Shown piece by piece: positions 1-10,246 of a stretch of 64,000 nt of DNA. Position numbers and translations under genes: made by a program. The stretch is from Candidatus Poribacteria bacterium (lineage in GTDB: Bacteria; Poribacteria; WGA-4E; UBA9662): NCBI GenBank assembly GCA_036339735.1, contig JAYZAL010000001.1, positions 32,001 through 96,000 on the forward strand. Direction: 5' to 3'. The first letter of the stretch is position 1; each line of letters begins with the position of its first letter. Under the pieces are notes generated by a model, which did no database searches, was not told the origin of the DNA, and saw nothing but the letters and a program-made list of their open reading frames with translations.

Positions 1-7
1 ACAGACA

Positions 8-3000
8 ATGAAAAAACTGCACCTGACCTTAAGTAATTTTGATCAAACTTTGGATCATTTGACTCTTGGAGTTGGGGAACAACAAAAGTTTGAAGCTACC
101 GGCACTGATGTAAATAATCAAAGATCAGCCCCAATTGTTTCTTGGTCAGTCAATGGCCAGATTGGGCACATTCAACCCGATGGTCTTTTTACAGCTAGCC
201 AAATTGGCCGGGGGTGGATTACTGCTATATCAGAAGGATTGTCAGCTACTATTTCACTACAAATAACAGCAGGTGAACCAGACCAAATTGTTTTAAATAC
301 TCCCTACAAAACATTAAGAGTAGATGAAAATTTTCGACTAACTGCTACTCTGCGAGATCAGTTTGGTAATATTATTTCATCTCATTCTGAATATAGATGG
401 CTAATGGATGAAGAGTCAGCATCAGTTATAAATATTAATCAGCAAGGTGAAGTCTCCGCACTTTCACCTGGTCCTGCTCGTGTCGCTGCCCACCTAGGAA
501 ATCTAGTGGCTCAAGTTCAATTTTTTGTTGTTCCACCTAACCAATCTGCAGCTGTAACAATGAAGTCGATCAAGAATTGGCAAATTTATCCCAAGCCTGT
601 ATTTCCAAATAAAAGCTTAAAATTGAGAGCTGGAGATAAAATCCAACTGATTAGTCAAGCTGAAACAAATCTAGGCCAAGTCATACCAGTCGCCTGCAGT
701 TGGTTCGTAATTGATGCTTTTTCAGAACGAATTGGATCTGTTGGTCATGTGAGCGATAGTGGATTATTCCGAGCCATGACTAGTGGTAAAACTTCTATCA
801 AAGCAGAAATTCAACCCATGGTTGGTTTCGACCCGATAGACCAAATGGCAAAAGATCTGCGGGCTCAGCAACTGCAGGTTGAAGTAGTTGCTGGTCAAGC
901 TCGGTACGGTCAACTGAAGCCTCAGTCGGTAGTCTATTCTGCTAAGAGTCAGGAGCCAATTCAGTTTCAATTGTATTTGTTCGACGCGTTCGGAAACTCT
1001 ACAAAACCGACAGAAGCACCAATCTGGAAGGTCATTGGTAATGGTGGAGAAATTTCGCAAACAGGCAAATTTTTCCCTCAAACAAATGCGACCCCAAGTA
1101 CAAGAGCTCAGGTAATATCCCATTTGCCAGGTTTGAACATTGTAGCTCGAGCAACTGTTCAAACGCTTACTTCTGATCAAGTAGTCCATAAATTTCGTAT
1201 AGCGCCAGAGACAACTGAGGTTTTCAATCACAGCCAGATTCAATTTCAATCCTTAGCTCAAAATATCAATGGGGATTTAGTACAAGTTTACCCTAATTGG
1301 CAATTATTATCTGAATCCCCAATTGATTCAGTAATTCGATTGAGTAATAGCGGTCAGTTAACAGTTTTTAGTCCCAAAAATCTCGAGCTGAATCAATCTT
1401 TTCAAGTGATAGCCGAACTTGATAGTGGCCACCAAGCGACCGCGACTGTTTATCTAAAACCAGACCGGCTTAAAGGCATTCGGATTCTAGCTGATACCAG
1501 AGTTGTTGAAGTTAATCAAATATTACCTGTAAACGCGATTGGCATAACAGTGGATGGTCGAGAAATGGCTATTCAACCTGATTGGTCGGTACAACCAGCA
1601 ATTGGATCTATTGTCAACCAAGACAATAAAATGATTTTTGAAGCTACTTCTCCAGGCTACTGTCAATTATGGATTAAACATGGAGGCCTAAGGGCATTTT
1701 GGCCGCTCCATGTGAGCCTTACAGAGAAACCACCCACCTTGAAAATTAAATTCCTGAGTACTTTGAGTAGCCAAACGGTTACAGCTGGAAATGAGATCCT
1801 GTTAGTAGGCATTGAATCATCGATTTATGATTCTAAGGATTTATTGTCTGTGGTAAAAAATGCTGAGTGGCGCACCGACCCACAGGTCGAAATTCGTAAT
1901 TTACCTGATGGTGTAGTTAGCATCCGTCCAACAAAAGCCACGGAAATCAAGGTTTTCTGTGAAGTGTTCTCACCAATCCAGACGGCAAATTTAACCCTGT
2001 CAGTTGTCCCTGGAACTCCAACCAAGATCCAAATTGAACCATCGGTCTTGTCCCTGCGATCAGACACTTCCCAACCGGCGTCAGCAGAACAATTCCGACT
2101 CAGTCTGTTTGATAACTTTGGCAATCAAATAATCAATGACCCATCTGACACAACAATTTGGTCAGTAAGTGGAGATATTGGTACTATCAGTCCGAGCGGC
2201 CTATTTGAACCTAAGGTAATTCCCGTTGGAATGATTAACAGTACTTTAGGACATGTGAATGTTACGACGCCCTACGGTCGTGGGCAAACTAAAGTTACAT
2301 TAGTATCGGATATTGGCCGTTTGGAACGATTGGAAATTACACTGAAATCAGATATGCCAACGGTTGGGCAACCAATTGGACTTACTATACGAGGGTATAA
2401 TCATCAGAACCAATTATTCCCTGATGATGATCTGCATTATCACCATCAAAAATTTCCGATCCTGTTCCAAGTAACAGACGGAATTGTGGAGGACAACAAT
2501 GGTGAGTGGATATATTACCCTCCTACAAAGCAAAAGACAGTACGTCTCTTGGCTAAGAGTGATAACATTGAATCAGAACCCATTGACATTGAACTTAATC
2601 CGTCTGGTCCTTCTCAATTGATTATGTCTTTATCTGATCAATCGAATGAACTTTTACCTGATGAGTTAAATTTATCATCTGGAGAATACCAACTGATTCA
2701 TTATCGTATAATTGACCAATACGGGAATTTATTATCGAAAGATGACATTAATTCAGAATTACCAACTTTCATACTGACAAACCCCATTGTTGGCCAAATA
2801 GATCAAGCAGAAAAACAATCGGCAGAAGGTGTTTTTGCCTTTTGGGCTCAAAAAGCTGGCCAAACTGGTTTGACAATACGACAAGCTGGACTAACAAACA
2901 CTATTAGCATTGTAGTTAGACCTGGATCTATCAAACGATTAAAGGCTTCACTAACAGATAAGTTATTAACAGCCGGGGAAAACCTAGAGGTTTTATTGGT

Positions 3001-4273
3001 CGGTCTTGACAATTTCGATAATAGAATTTCGGCATCTAATCTATTTCCTATTCAAGCTACTATACTTCAAAATGATCTGGTTTTAGAAAAAACAGAATTA
3101 GTACTGTCGTCAAGTAATACCAATGAGCTGGTTTGGAAAAAAAGCTTTGACCAAGCTGGTATATACCAATTAGTCTACGAAACGATAAACACTGTTCAAC
3201 CAGTTACCACTCAAGTATCATTCGAAGTTATTCCAAATCAATTGGCAACATTAAAGGCTGATTTCGTTTCATTGATAGAACCAAATGAAAAGCCAATAGC
3301 CAAGCGGAATCACCCTTATGAGTTGGTTTCAGGTTTTTCTTATCAGTTGATAGTGGTAGGAAAAGATACGTTTGGCAACTCAGTCAATGTTAGACCGAGT
3401 TGGAAACTTACTGGCAATATAGGCCGTGTCAGATCAACAGATTCGTTAGTTATACTCGATACCATTTTCACTGGTGAAGGCCTTTTGATTGTCGCTTCAG
3501 CAGGTATTTCGACTGAAATACCAATCCAAGTTCACCCTTACCAAAAAGAAATCTCCAGTAGTGGTGGTGAAATCAGGAGCCCCGCTGGTATTTATCTAAA
3601 TGTACCAAAGAATGCGTTTCCCAAAGACGTAAAAATCAAAGTTGAAATTATTGAATCCCCTGGAATGAAAGCCGAAGCTAAACGGGTAACCCCGGTGATC
3701 AAGATTACACCACTGCAACTGTTAGCCAAACGCTCCATCCAGATGGTCTTTGACTATCGCTCAACAATTACATCTGATTTTGAGCCATCCAAACTAGGTC
3801 TCTATTTTTGGGATAGCTTTAGCAAAGACTGGTTGCCAATTTCAAGCCGGGTTGATACAACCAACCTTTTTGTTGAGTCAAAGATTAATCATTTCGGTAC
3901 ATTTGCGTTAATGACGAGTGATCAGTCATCTCCCAATTCTTCAGAATTAATCATTCAGAATATTCGATGTAGCCCACCTTTATTTTTCAACACTGAAAGT
4001 AATCAATTGACTATTACTTATCAGGTTATAGCTCCTCCCGATCAAAGAGAAAACAGTATTCAAGTAACAGTGAAATTTTTTGACTTGTACGGTCGAGAAA
4101 TAATTACCCTATTAGATAAATCTGAACGACGCATAGGCAACAACGTGGAAGTTTGGAATGGTCGCAATACCAATGGAGACCTCTGTCCAAATGGTAGGTA
4201 TATTTTGCTGATACTTATCGATAATGGGCGAACCCAGGCATACGACAAGCAAATTGTCACTATATTCAAATAA
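8..4273 (+). CDS. Large Ig-like repeat (Big_2-type) surface/secreted protein with ZU5-like and C-terminal FlgD-Ig/T9SS-like domain; probably 5'-truncated by the window
   Basis: 1421 aa beta-rich ORF. Recurring D-x-(F/Y)-G-N motifs (RDQFGN, FDAFGN, FDNFGN, IDQYGN, KDTFGN). ZU5-like GGEIRSPAGIYLNVPKNAF. C-terminus FFDLYGREIITL...VWNGRNTNGDLCPNGRYIL. The frame is open to the window edge and no signal peptide follows the listed Met. Confidence 0.7.
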   Translation: MKKLHLTLSNFDQTLDHLTLGVGEQQKFEATGTDVNNQRSAPIVSWSVNGQIGHIQPDGLFTASQIGRGWITAISEGLSATISLQITAGEPDQIVLNTPYKTLRVDENFRLTATLRDQFGNIISSHSEYRWLMDEESASVININQQGEVSALSPGPARVAAHLGNLVAQVQFFVVPPNQSAAVTMKSIKNWQIYPKPVFPNKSLKLRAGDKIQLISQAETNLGQVIPVACSWFVIDAFSERIGSVGHVSDSGLFRAMTSGKTSIKAEIQPMVGFDPIDQMAKDLRAQQLQVEVVAGQARYGQLKPQSVVYSAKSQEPIQFQLYLFDAFGNSTKPTEAPIWKVIGNGGEISQTGKFFPQTNATPSTRAQVISHLPGLNIVARATVQTLTSDQVVHKFRIAPETTEVFNHSQIQFQSLAQNINGDLVQVYPNWQLLSESPIDSVIRLSNSGQLTVFSPKNLELNQSFQVIAELDSGHQATATVYLKPDRLKGIRILADTRVVEVNQILPVNAIGITVDGREMAIQPDWSVQPAIGSIVNQDNKMIFEATSPGYCQLWIKHGGLRAFWPLHVSLTEKPPTLKIKFLSTLSSQTVTAGNEILLVGIESSIYDSKDLLSVVKNAEWRTDPQVEIRNLPDGVVSIRPTKATEIKVFCEVFSPIQTANLTLSVVPGTPTKIQIEPSVLSLRSDTSQPASAEQFRLSLFDNFGNQIINDPSDTTIWSVSGDIGTISPSGLFEPKVIPVGMINSTLGHVNVTTPYGRGQTKVTLVSDIGRLERLEITLKSDMPTVGQPIGLTIRGYNHQNQLFPDDDLHYHHQKFPILFQVTDGIVEDNNGEWIYYPPTKQKTVRLLAKSDNIESEPIDIELNPSGPSQLIMSLSDQSNELLPDELNLSSGEYQLIHYRIIDQYGNLLSKDDINSELPTFILTNPIVGQIDQAEKQSAEGVFAFWAQKAGQTGLTIRQAGLTNTISIVVRPGSIKRLKASLTDKLLTAGENLEVLLVGLDNFDNRISASNLFPIQATILQNDLVLEKTELVLSSSNTNELVWKKSFDQAGIYQLVYETINTVQPVTTQVSFEVIPNQLATLKADFVSLIEPNEKPIAKRNHPYELVSGFSYQLIVVGKDTFGNSVNVRPSWKLTGNIGRVRSTDSLVILDTIFTGEGLLIVASAGISTEIPIQVHPYQKEISSSGGEIRSPAGIYLNVPKNAFPKDVKIKVEIIESPGMKAEAKRVTPVIKITPLQLLAKRSIQMVFDYRSTITSDFEPSKLGLYFWDSFSKDWLPISSRVDTTNLFVESKINHFGTFALMTSDQSSPNSSELIIQNIRCSPPLFFNTESNQLTITYQVIAPPDQRENSIQVTVKFFDLYGREIITLLDKSERRIGNNVEVWNGRNTNGDLCPNGRYILLILIDNGRTQAYDKQIVTIFK

Positions 4274-4302
4274 GAAGCGTCTAAAAATAGATAACTTAGT
4301 AA

Positions 4303-6219
4303 TTATCCCGGCATTAACCGGTAGCTAATTTTTGTAAATAAGCCGATAATAATCCAGACTCCGCCAATCATAGTTTCACCGAAGACCATACCCAAGAAAA
4401 AAGGCTGAAATTGGCGAAAGAGCTTGATTCCGCCTATTCTTAGAATTATCGTTTTGCTAAACCAACCAATAAAGAAAGATGACCACATTGTGAATGGGGC
4501 CCAACTCGTTGTCATCGCATACCCCAAAGGATGAACCCTCCACCAAAGGAAACGATAGCGCATGAAAATCAGCAACCCCATAAATGTCGTACCAATTCCA
4601 ACAAAAGAAAGCTCTAACCAGTCAGTTTCCTTTGGGAAGTTAATATAAGTAACTAACCGATTCCATGGTTCTGGATCAGGCCAGTACCCCATGTTGTTGC
4701 CACCCTTTTTATACCAGGTCATTAAGCCTGCATAGTATGCGACTATCAATCCAACGAGCATGGATAAAAACATTACCCCCATTAACTTCCGCCTATGTAG
4801 TCGAACAGGATCACTCGCTTTAAAACCATTCATGACATGTGGCATAATAAATTCTCGTAAGTCGAACATCATCGTCTTTTCAAAAGTTAAGATCGTATGA
4901 TTCCTAGGATTGAAATTAGAAGAACCGAAGGCTACCATCAGGTAATCCGAAGGACGAAAAATAGCTAACAGGAATAGAAAACCTCCGTCAGTTACCATCC
5001 AGGTTAGCACAATTGCCATCATATAAAAACAAACCATTACACTGATTGCCAACCAGAAAGAAAGACCAATCATCGAACTCATTAAAGCAATCAAATAAGT
5101 AGTCAATATAAGTCCAATTAATGCCCAGCGGTAAGTTAATGGTTCATTGCTATCATCAATCTTGTTTTGAAGATCGAGTGCTTTTGTAATTACGCTCCAT
5201 ATATGTCTGCGAGCTAGCCAAAACACGAAAATAACCAAAGCAATATATCCACCCATTTCTTGGCGGTTAGCTAGTGTCCAACCGCTGAAAGAAACTCCAC
5301 TGGCTAGCACAATAGTACTTTGCAATTTATAGATCAGATAGAAAAACCAGAAGGAAAACGACACATCTAGTGATAAAAGGTATGTAAAACCAATAATAGA
5401 AGGGTAAACCATGATTGAGACTGGCCGCATCGCAGACCATGGTTTATCAACCAGCAGTGTATCTAAATTGAAATGAAGAGGAATTGACGGCAAATTAGGA
5501 AAATGGCGTTCCAGACCATTTAGTAGATGAATTAGGACTGGAAAAGCTGCACCTATCCACATTGACGGGGTTCGAAAAAAGGAGTTTATTTGTTTCCCGA
5601 TGGCTGGTACAGCTGACATTTCGGCTGGGAGTTTAACTAAAGGGAATGCGAATCGCTCGTGTTCAACCCATTGCTTTCGTAAAACTACGCTCAGGCAAGT
5701 AAGACTGGTAAATGTTAGGAAGGCATATAAACACCAAGCTAACGCGGGCTTTACCCAGAATATCCAAGGTATCGGTTTCCCTGTCGGAAGCCCTTCATAA
5801 AAATACTTGACAGCTTTTGGGTCTACCACCATGACAGATTCTGGCAGATAATGAAAAAATAGAGATTTCCAGTCATTTTCTGGGGTGGCAAAGTAGTAAG
5901 GCGAAACCAACATCCACAAGTGATAACGAATGAACCCCGCAGAAGGAATACCTGCTGCAACCGTCATCATACACCAAATAGTGATTAATTCTGAGGGCGA
6001 TAATTTCCAGTGAAATTTGTTGAAGTGACAGATTGCAGTTAGCAAAGATAGCAAACAAAATAGAAAGAATGCACCGATAGGAAAATGATTTCCAGAAACG
6101 AAAGTGCCCCGTAAGTAATAATCGTTATACGGTGTAACTAGACAAAGTAAGATGACACATAAGAGTCCTATCAGTACGCTACGTAAACTGACCGAATATA
6201 GCTTTTCTTGTTTTTCCAC
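4303..6219 (-). CDS. Polytopic membrane protein, DUF6785/DUF6784-like (OPT-transporter-related)
   Basis: 638 aa with many hydrophobic segments. Motifs LRKQWVEHERFAFPLVKLP and RFLWWRVHPLGY..PFFLG are typical of this family. GTG start. Confidence 0.7.
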   Translation of the reverse strand: MEKQEKLYSVSLRSVLIGLLCVILLCLVTPYNDYYLRGTFVSGNHFPIGAFFLFCLLSLLTAICHFNKFHWKLSPSELITIWCMMTVAAGIPSAGFIRYHLWMLVSPYYFATPENDWKSLFFHYLPESVMVVDPKAVKYFYEGLPTGKPIPWIFWVKPALAWCLYAFLTFTSLTCLSVVLRKQWVEHERFAFPLVKLPAEMSAVPAIGKQINSFFRTPSMWIGAAFPVLIHLLNGLERHFPNLPSIPLHFNLDTLLVDKPWSAMRPVSIMVYPSIIGFTYLLSLDVSFSFWFFYLIYKLQSTIVLASGVSFSGWTLANRQEMGGYIALVIFVFWLARRHIWSVITKALDLQNKIDDSNEPLTYRWALIGLILTTYLIALMSSMIGLSFWLAISVMVCFYMMAIVLTWMVTDGGFLFLLAIFRPSDYLMVAFGSSNFNPRNHTILTFEKTMMFDLREFIMPHVMNGFKASDPVRLHRRKLMGVMFLSMLVGLIVAYYAGLMTWYKKGGNNMGYWPDPEPWNRLVTYINFPKETDWLELSFVGIGTTFMGLLIFMRYRFLWWRVHPLGYAMTTSWAPFTMWSSFFIGWFSKTIILRIGGIKLFRQFQPFFLGMVFGETMIGGVWIIIGLFTKISYRLMPG

Positions 6220-6324
6220 TACGTTCTTTATTATATTGAATTACAGGAAGAATTAATGTCTAGTATAACCAAATATAACTCTTAGAAATAGGAGAAATGG
6301 TGCCGAAAAGTCTTGCGCCATTAC

Positions 6325-6353
6325 TTGACGTAAGTAGCACGATTTGATAGAAT
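6325..6353 (+). promoter_or_regulatory. sigma70-type promoter for the epimerase-SCP2 pair
   Basis: TTGACG-17 bp-TAGAAT with extended TGn, about 70 bp upstream of ATG 6425. GAGGA SD precedes the start. Confidence 0.65.
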
Positions 6354-6424
6354 CGACAAGAGTGTGAGAAGCATTGACTCGTATTGAAAGTCAGGTTCTT
6401 TTCGAATAAATCAGAGGATAGAAA

Positions 6425-7279
6425 ATGTTCAAAAATTTAAGTCCTGGTGCTATTGGTGTTGCCGCAGATATGAAACAAGGCTTAGCCTATGCTAGGCAGT
6501 TTGGTTTTGAAGGGCTAGATCTCAATATTTATGAAGCCCAAAAAATAGCTGAGGAACAATCCATCGAAGAAGTGAAAAAGTTATGGGATGGAATTAAGAT
6601 GGGTAGCTGGACTTTCCCTATCACTTGGAATGCACCGGAAGAAGAGTATCGGGAGAAATTGTCCCACCTTCCAGAAATCGCAGCTTTGGCGGCTGACCTT
6701 GGTTGTTTTCGTACTGCTATCTGGATTCCACCTGCTTCTAGTGAAAAGACTTATCAAGAAAACTGGGATTTTCACGTCAGTCGTTTTCGTCCGATCGGAG
6801 AAATTTTGGCTGATTATGGCCACATGATAGGTTTGGAATTTATTGGTCCTCGAACTAGTCGAGCAAATGCCAAACACGGATTTGTTTATACAATGGATGG
6901 AATGCGCGGTTTAGCGGCATCTATTGGAACTGGTAATATTGGGTTATTATTAGATACTTGGCATTGGTACACCGCTCAATCGACGTTATCGGATCTTTCT
7001 CATCTCTACGCTAGTGATATCGTCTATGTACATGTCAATGATGCACCAAGTAATATTGATGTCGAAGACCAGATCGATAATGTGAGGTGTTTACCGGCCG
7101 AAACAGGTGTGATTCCTCTAGGACAATTTTTCCGAATTTTGTCAGAAGTGGGCTATCAAGGGCCAGTGGCTGTTGAACCTTTTAGTCAGAAGCTAAGAGA
7201 AATGGAACCGGAGCAAGCTCTGCAAGCGACTATTGACTCCCTGGATAAAGTTTGGCAACAAGCAGGACTAAATTTTTAG
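6425..7279 (+). CDS. Sugar phosphate isomerase/epimerase (xylose-isomerase-like TIM barrel)
   Basis: Metal ligand motifs GLEFIG, LLLDTWHW, VHVND, AVEPFS. Confidence 0.85.
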   Translation: MFKNLSPGAIGVAADMKQGLAYARQFGFEGLDLNIYEAQKIAEEQSIEEVKKLWDGIKMGSWTFPITWNAPEEEYREKLSHLPEIAALAADLGCFRTAIWIPPASSEKTYQENWDFHVSRFRPIGEILADYGHMIGLEFIGPRTSRANAKHGFVYTMDGMRGLAASIGTGNIGLLLDTWHWYTAQSTLSDLSHLYASDIVYVHVNDAPSNIDVEDQIDNVRCLPAETGVIPLGQFFRILSEVGYQGPVAVEPFSQKLREMEPEQALQATIDSLDKVWQQAGLNF

Positions 7280-7282
7280 CCA

Positions 7283-7711
7283 GTGGCGATCTTTGAAACT
7301 GCTGATCAGCTTTATGCTTGTATCGGTGGTATGTTTATGCACCTGCGTGAAGACAAGCAAACCCAAAAGCAGCTAGGGAAACAAAAATTCAGGGTCCAGT
7401 TTACCTTCTCCACCCCCACAGCCACAATTGGTTTGACGACAGAAAACGGAGAGCAGTCGATCTTGCTCAATCAAAGGATAGAAAACCCAGATGTTGAGCT
7501 AATAATGTCAGGAGATGTAGCGCACTATTTCTGGATGGGAGATATTAATGTAATGGAAGCAATTACCAAGCGCCAGATTGTACCGGTGGGTTCACTAGCT
7601 AGAATCATGACATTAGTTCCACTCATAAAAGCAGCTATCCGTTTTTATCCAGAACACTATCAGACATACCAGATTGACCCCCAAAACCACTACGACCAGC
7701 TCACAGACTAG
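7283..7711 (+). CDS. SCP2 sterol/lipid-binding domain protein
   Basis: PDVELIMSGDVAHYFWMGDINVMEAITKRQIVPVG fits the SCP2 C-terminal pattern. GTG start 3 bp after the upstream stop. Confidence 0.7.
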   Translation: MAIFETADQLYACIGGMFMHLREDKQTQKQLGKQKFRVQFTFSTPTATIGLTTENGEQSILLNQRIENPDVELIMSGDVAHYFWMGDINVMEAITKRQIVPVGSLARIMTLVPLIKAAIRFYPEHYQTYQIDPQNHYDQLTD

Positions 7712-7727
7712 TCCGCGGGCTGGTCGT
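7692..7727 (-). terminator. Hairpin between convergent SCP2 gene and rpsT; likely terminator for rpsT
   Basis: ACGACCAGC...GCTGGTCGT arms. On the minus strand the stem extends through two G-U pairs and one mismatch. The U-tract is weak. Confidence 0.55.
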
Positions 7728-7750
7728 TTACTGGCTGAAAGTAAAATTAA

Positions 7751-8023
7751 CTATGCGCTGGCCGATAGCTTATTAATGCTGATAGCCAAACGGGATTTTT
7801 GACGATTAGCTGTACCCTTCTTAATGACCCCCTTGCCAACAGCTCGATCTAGTTGACAAGACGCCTCTCGGTATAATGATTGGGCTTGCTCCAAGTTTCC
7901 GTCTGAGACGGCAGACTTCGTTTTCCTAATGGCCGTTCTAAGAGCAGACAATCGTCTTCGGTTGACAACTGCCTTCCGCTTATCTGCTCGTATGTGTTTG
8001 AAAGCTGATGGTCTGTTCGCCAT
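7751..8023 (-). CDS. rpsT: 30S ribosomal protein S20
   Basis: MANRPSAFKHIR...LRTAIRK...LDRAVGKGVIKKGTANRQKSRL. GAGGTG SD. Confidence 0.97.
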   Translation of the reverse strand: MANRPSAFKHIRADKRKAVVNRRRLSALRTAIRKTKSAVSDGNLEQAQSLYREASCQLDRAVGKGVIKKGTANRQKSRLAISINKLSASA

Positions 8024-8067
8024 ACTTAATATTTCACCTCTAAGTTTAAACTTTCCGTTTTTTGTTT

Positions 8068-9222
8068 TTATTGAGTTTGTGTTACATCATCCAGATACGA
8101 TTCTAGAAGCTTACGTCGCTTTCTAGGTGTGCGAGCCGTTTTGGGAGTCAGCTCTTCGCTTCCATCTAGCAGCTCAGGGGCATCGTCAAGTTCATCCTCG
8201 AACTGAGCGAAATCTTGGATTCCCGCACTCACATCTGTCTCGTCTTCCACCAGCAAGTCTCCGCGTTCCAAGGCTTCTAATTCCTCTGGGGTTTCTCTTC
8301 CCTCTAGTTCAACCTGAGAAAACAATGCATCAAGATCATCGGTACTAGCACCTAGCTCAGATTCTTCCTCTAGAGGCATTAAGTCATTCAAATTATCATC
8401 AAATTCAGTCAGTTCACTCTCATCACCATCGATCCCACCAAAATCGATATCAACTAATGGATCATGGTCTGTTAGAGTGTCATTTTTACTATTTCTGTCG
8501 ACGTCTGTTTCTTCTTCAAGCTCGCTCGGTATTGCTATCTCATCTTCATCCTCATCGAGAAATTCCTCGTTATCATCAACGAAGAAGTCTTCTTCCTCGT
8601 CACCAATTACCTCAAAGTCATCATCTATTGAAGAAAAACTTTCTTTATTATCTTCACTTTCGGTCTCAAGATCCTCCTCCAAAATAGTGCCTTCATCAAT
8701 ATCTGACAAATCAGAGATGTCGTAGGAATTAGGAGTCGAGGGTCGTTGGTCAGCAACAGGTGTGGATGCCTCACTAATATTATCTTTAAGTCCCGACACA
8801 AAGGCTTCAGGTAGAGCACTTTTCACACTACCAAATCTTTCAATAATGGCAGCAAGCTCCTGGTATTTTTCTCGTTTTTCGACTTTTGCATTTTCCAACC
8901 GAGTTTGGGCTCGTCTTGCATGTCGTTTCAAGTCTTTCAATTCCAGGGTTAAATCATCAATTTCCTGATCTAACTCAGCTTTCTGTCCAGCGACGTGGTC
9001 ATGTTGTCGTTCAGCTTCAGCTATCTCGGCCATTAAATTACCAATCTGATCTCGGATCCGGTTGACTTGATGGCGCTTTTGGCTCAATGACTCTTTTCTT
9101 TGAGACAGTCGTCCAATTTGCTCATCAAGCTGGCCCTCTTTTTGATCAAGTTCAGAAATCGCCTTCTCGTAAATAACTTCGACTTGCCCCGTGATGTTTT
9201 TAACTGCATCATCCATGATCAT
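8068..9222 (-). CDS. Hypothetical protein: N-terminal coiled coil plus long acidic low-complexity region
   Basis: 384 aa. Heptad-rich aa ~10-130, D/E-rich remainder, short basic C-terminal patch (PRKRRKLL). Ends 44 bp before rpsT. Confidence 0.75.
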   Translation of the reverse strand: MIMDDAVKNITGQVEVIYEKAISELDQKEGQLDEQIGRLSQRKESLSQKRHQVNRIRDQIGNLMAEIAEAERQHDHVAGQKAELDQEIDDLTLELKDLKRHARRAQTRLENAKVEKREKYQELAAIIERFGSVKSALPEAFVSGLKDNISEASTPVADQRPSTPNSYDISDLSDIDEGTILEEDLETESEDNKESFSSIDDDFEVIGDEEEDFFVDDNEEFLDEDEDEIAIPSELEEETDVDRNSKNDTLTDHDPLVDIDFGGIDGDESELTEFDDNLNDLMPLEEESELGASTDDLDALFSQVELEGRETPEELEALERGDLLVEDETDVSAGIQDFAQFEDELDDAPELLDGSEELTPKTARTPRKRRKLLESYLDDVTQTQ

Positions 9223-9384
9223 TCACCGAAACGGATTGTTAGCCACAAATGTTAGCATATCTAAAAAATGTTGTCCACTGATATTAGTTTTGATTCTTCA
9301 AGTAAACGAACTGTTCTAACCAAAGTCTATACCAATATTTTTAGTCAAAATGTTATAATTCATCCAACGGAAAAATAATAGAAA

Positions 9385-10242
9385 ATGATTGAGACTGACT
9401 CAACTTCAACTCAACAAAATAGTATATCTGCCACCCAAATTTATGATTTGTGGAAAACTTTTGATGGTCATTTACAAGCATTAAAAGGCGTTAATCTGGC
9501 TGTACAGACGGGTGAGATGGTCGGTTTAATTGGCACGTCTGGGTCTGGAAAGTCGACCCTTTTGCGACATGTCTCAGGCTTAGTTGCGTCGGACCCCCGC
9601 CCAGAGTGTAAAGTCTCAGTTTTTGGACAAATAGTTCAATCAGGGGGACAAATTCAACCAGACGTACGCAAGATTCGGGCTGGAATAGGTTTTGTTTTTC
9701 AACAATTCAACTTGGTATCCCGAATGTCTGTTTTGAAGAATGTATTGGTTGGCCGGTTAGCCCAAATCCCAAAGTATCGCAGTTTCTTCTCTTTGTTTAC
9801 CCGAGATGAGAAACTTTCTGCAATACAGGCACTCAACCGAGTTGGGCTCTCGGATCAAGCTACTCAACGAGCAAGTACTTTGTCAGGCGGACAACAACAA
9901 CGAGTTGCGATTGCTCGTGCGCTACAACAACAAGCAAAAATTATATTAGCAGATGAGCCAATAGCATCACTTGACCCCGAATCAGCGCGGCTAGTCATGG
10001 AAACTTTGCGTGAATTGAACCAAAAAGATCAAATTACGGTGATTGTTAGCCTGCACCAAATCAATTTTGCAAGCCAGTTCTGCCCACGGATTGTAGCACT
10101 TAAGTCAGGTGAAATTGTCTTTGATGGGGCCGCTGAAGATTTATCAAATGATTATCTCCATTGGATTTACGATTCAGAAGACAGCTTAGAACCAATGTTA
10201 ATACCAAATAATATTTCAAATGAAAGAAAAATGTTTGGGTAA
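9385..10242 (+). CDS. phnC: Phosphonate ABC transporter ATP-binding protein
   Basis: Walker [56 protein letters not shown], all close to PhnC. Confidence 0.9.
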   Translation: MIETDSTSTQQNSISATQIYDLWKTFDGHLQALKGVNLAVQTGEMVGLIGTSGSGKSTLLRHVSGLVASDPRPECKVSVFGQIVQSGGQIQPDVRKIRAGIGFVFQQFNLVSRMSVLKNVLVGRLAQIPKYRSFFSLFTRDEKLSAIQALNRVGLSDQATQRASTLSGGQQQRVAIARALQQQAKIILADEPIASLDPESARLVMETLRELNQKDQITVIVSLHQINFASQFCPRIVALKSGEIVFDGAAEDLSNDYLHWIYDSEDSLEPMLIPNNISNERKMFG

Positions 10243-10246
10243 GACA

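Noticed and set aside
9311..9340. Pho-box-like direct repeats upstream of phnC (TCTAACCAA / TCTATACCAA)
   Set aside because: Only two imperfect copies with inconsistent 11/12 bp spacing; too weak to call.
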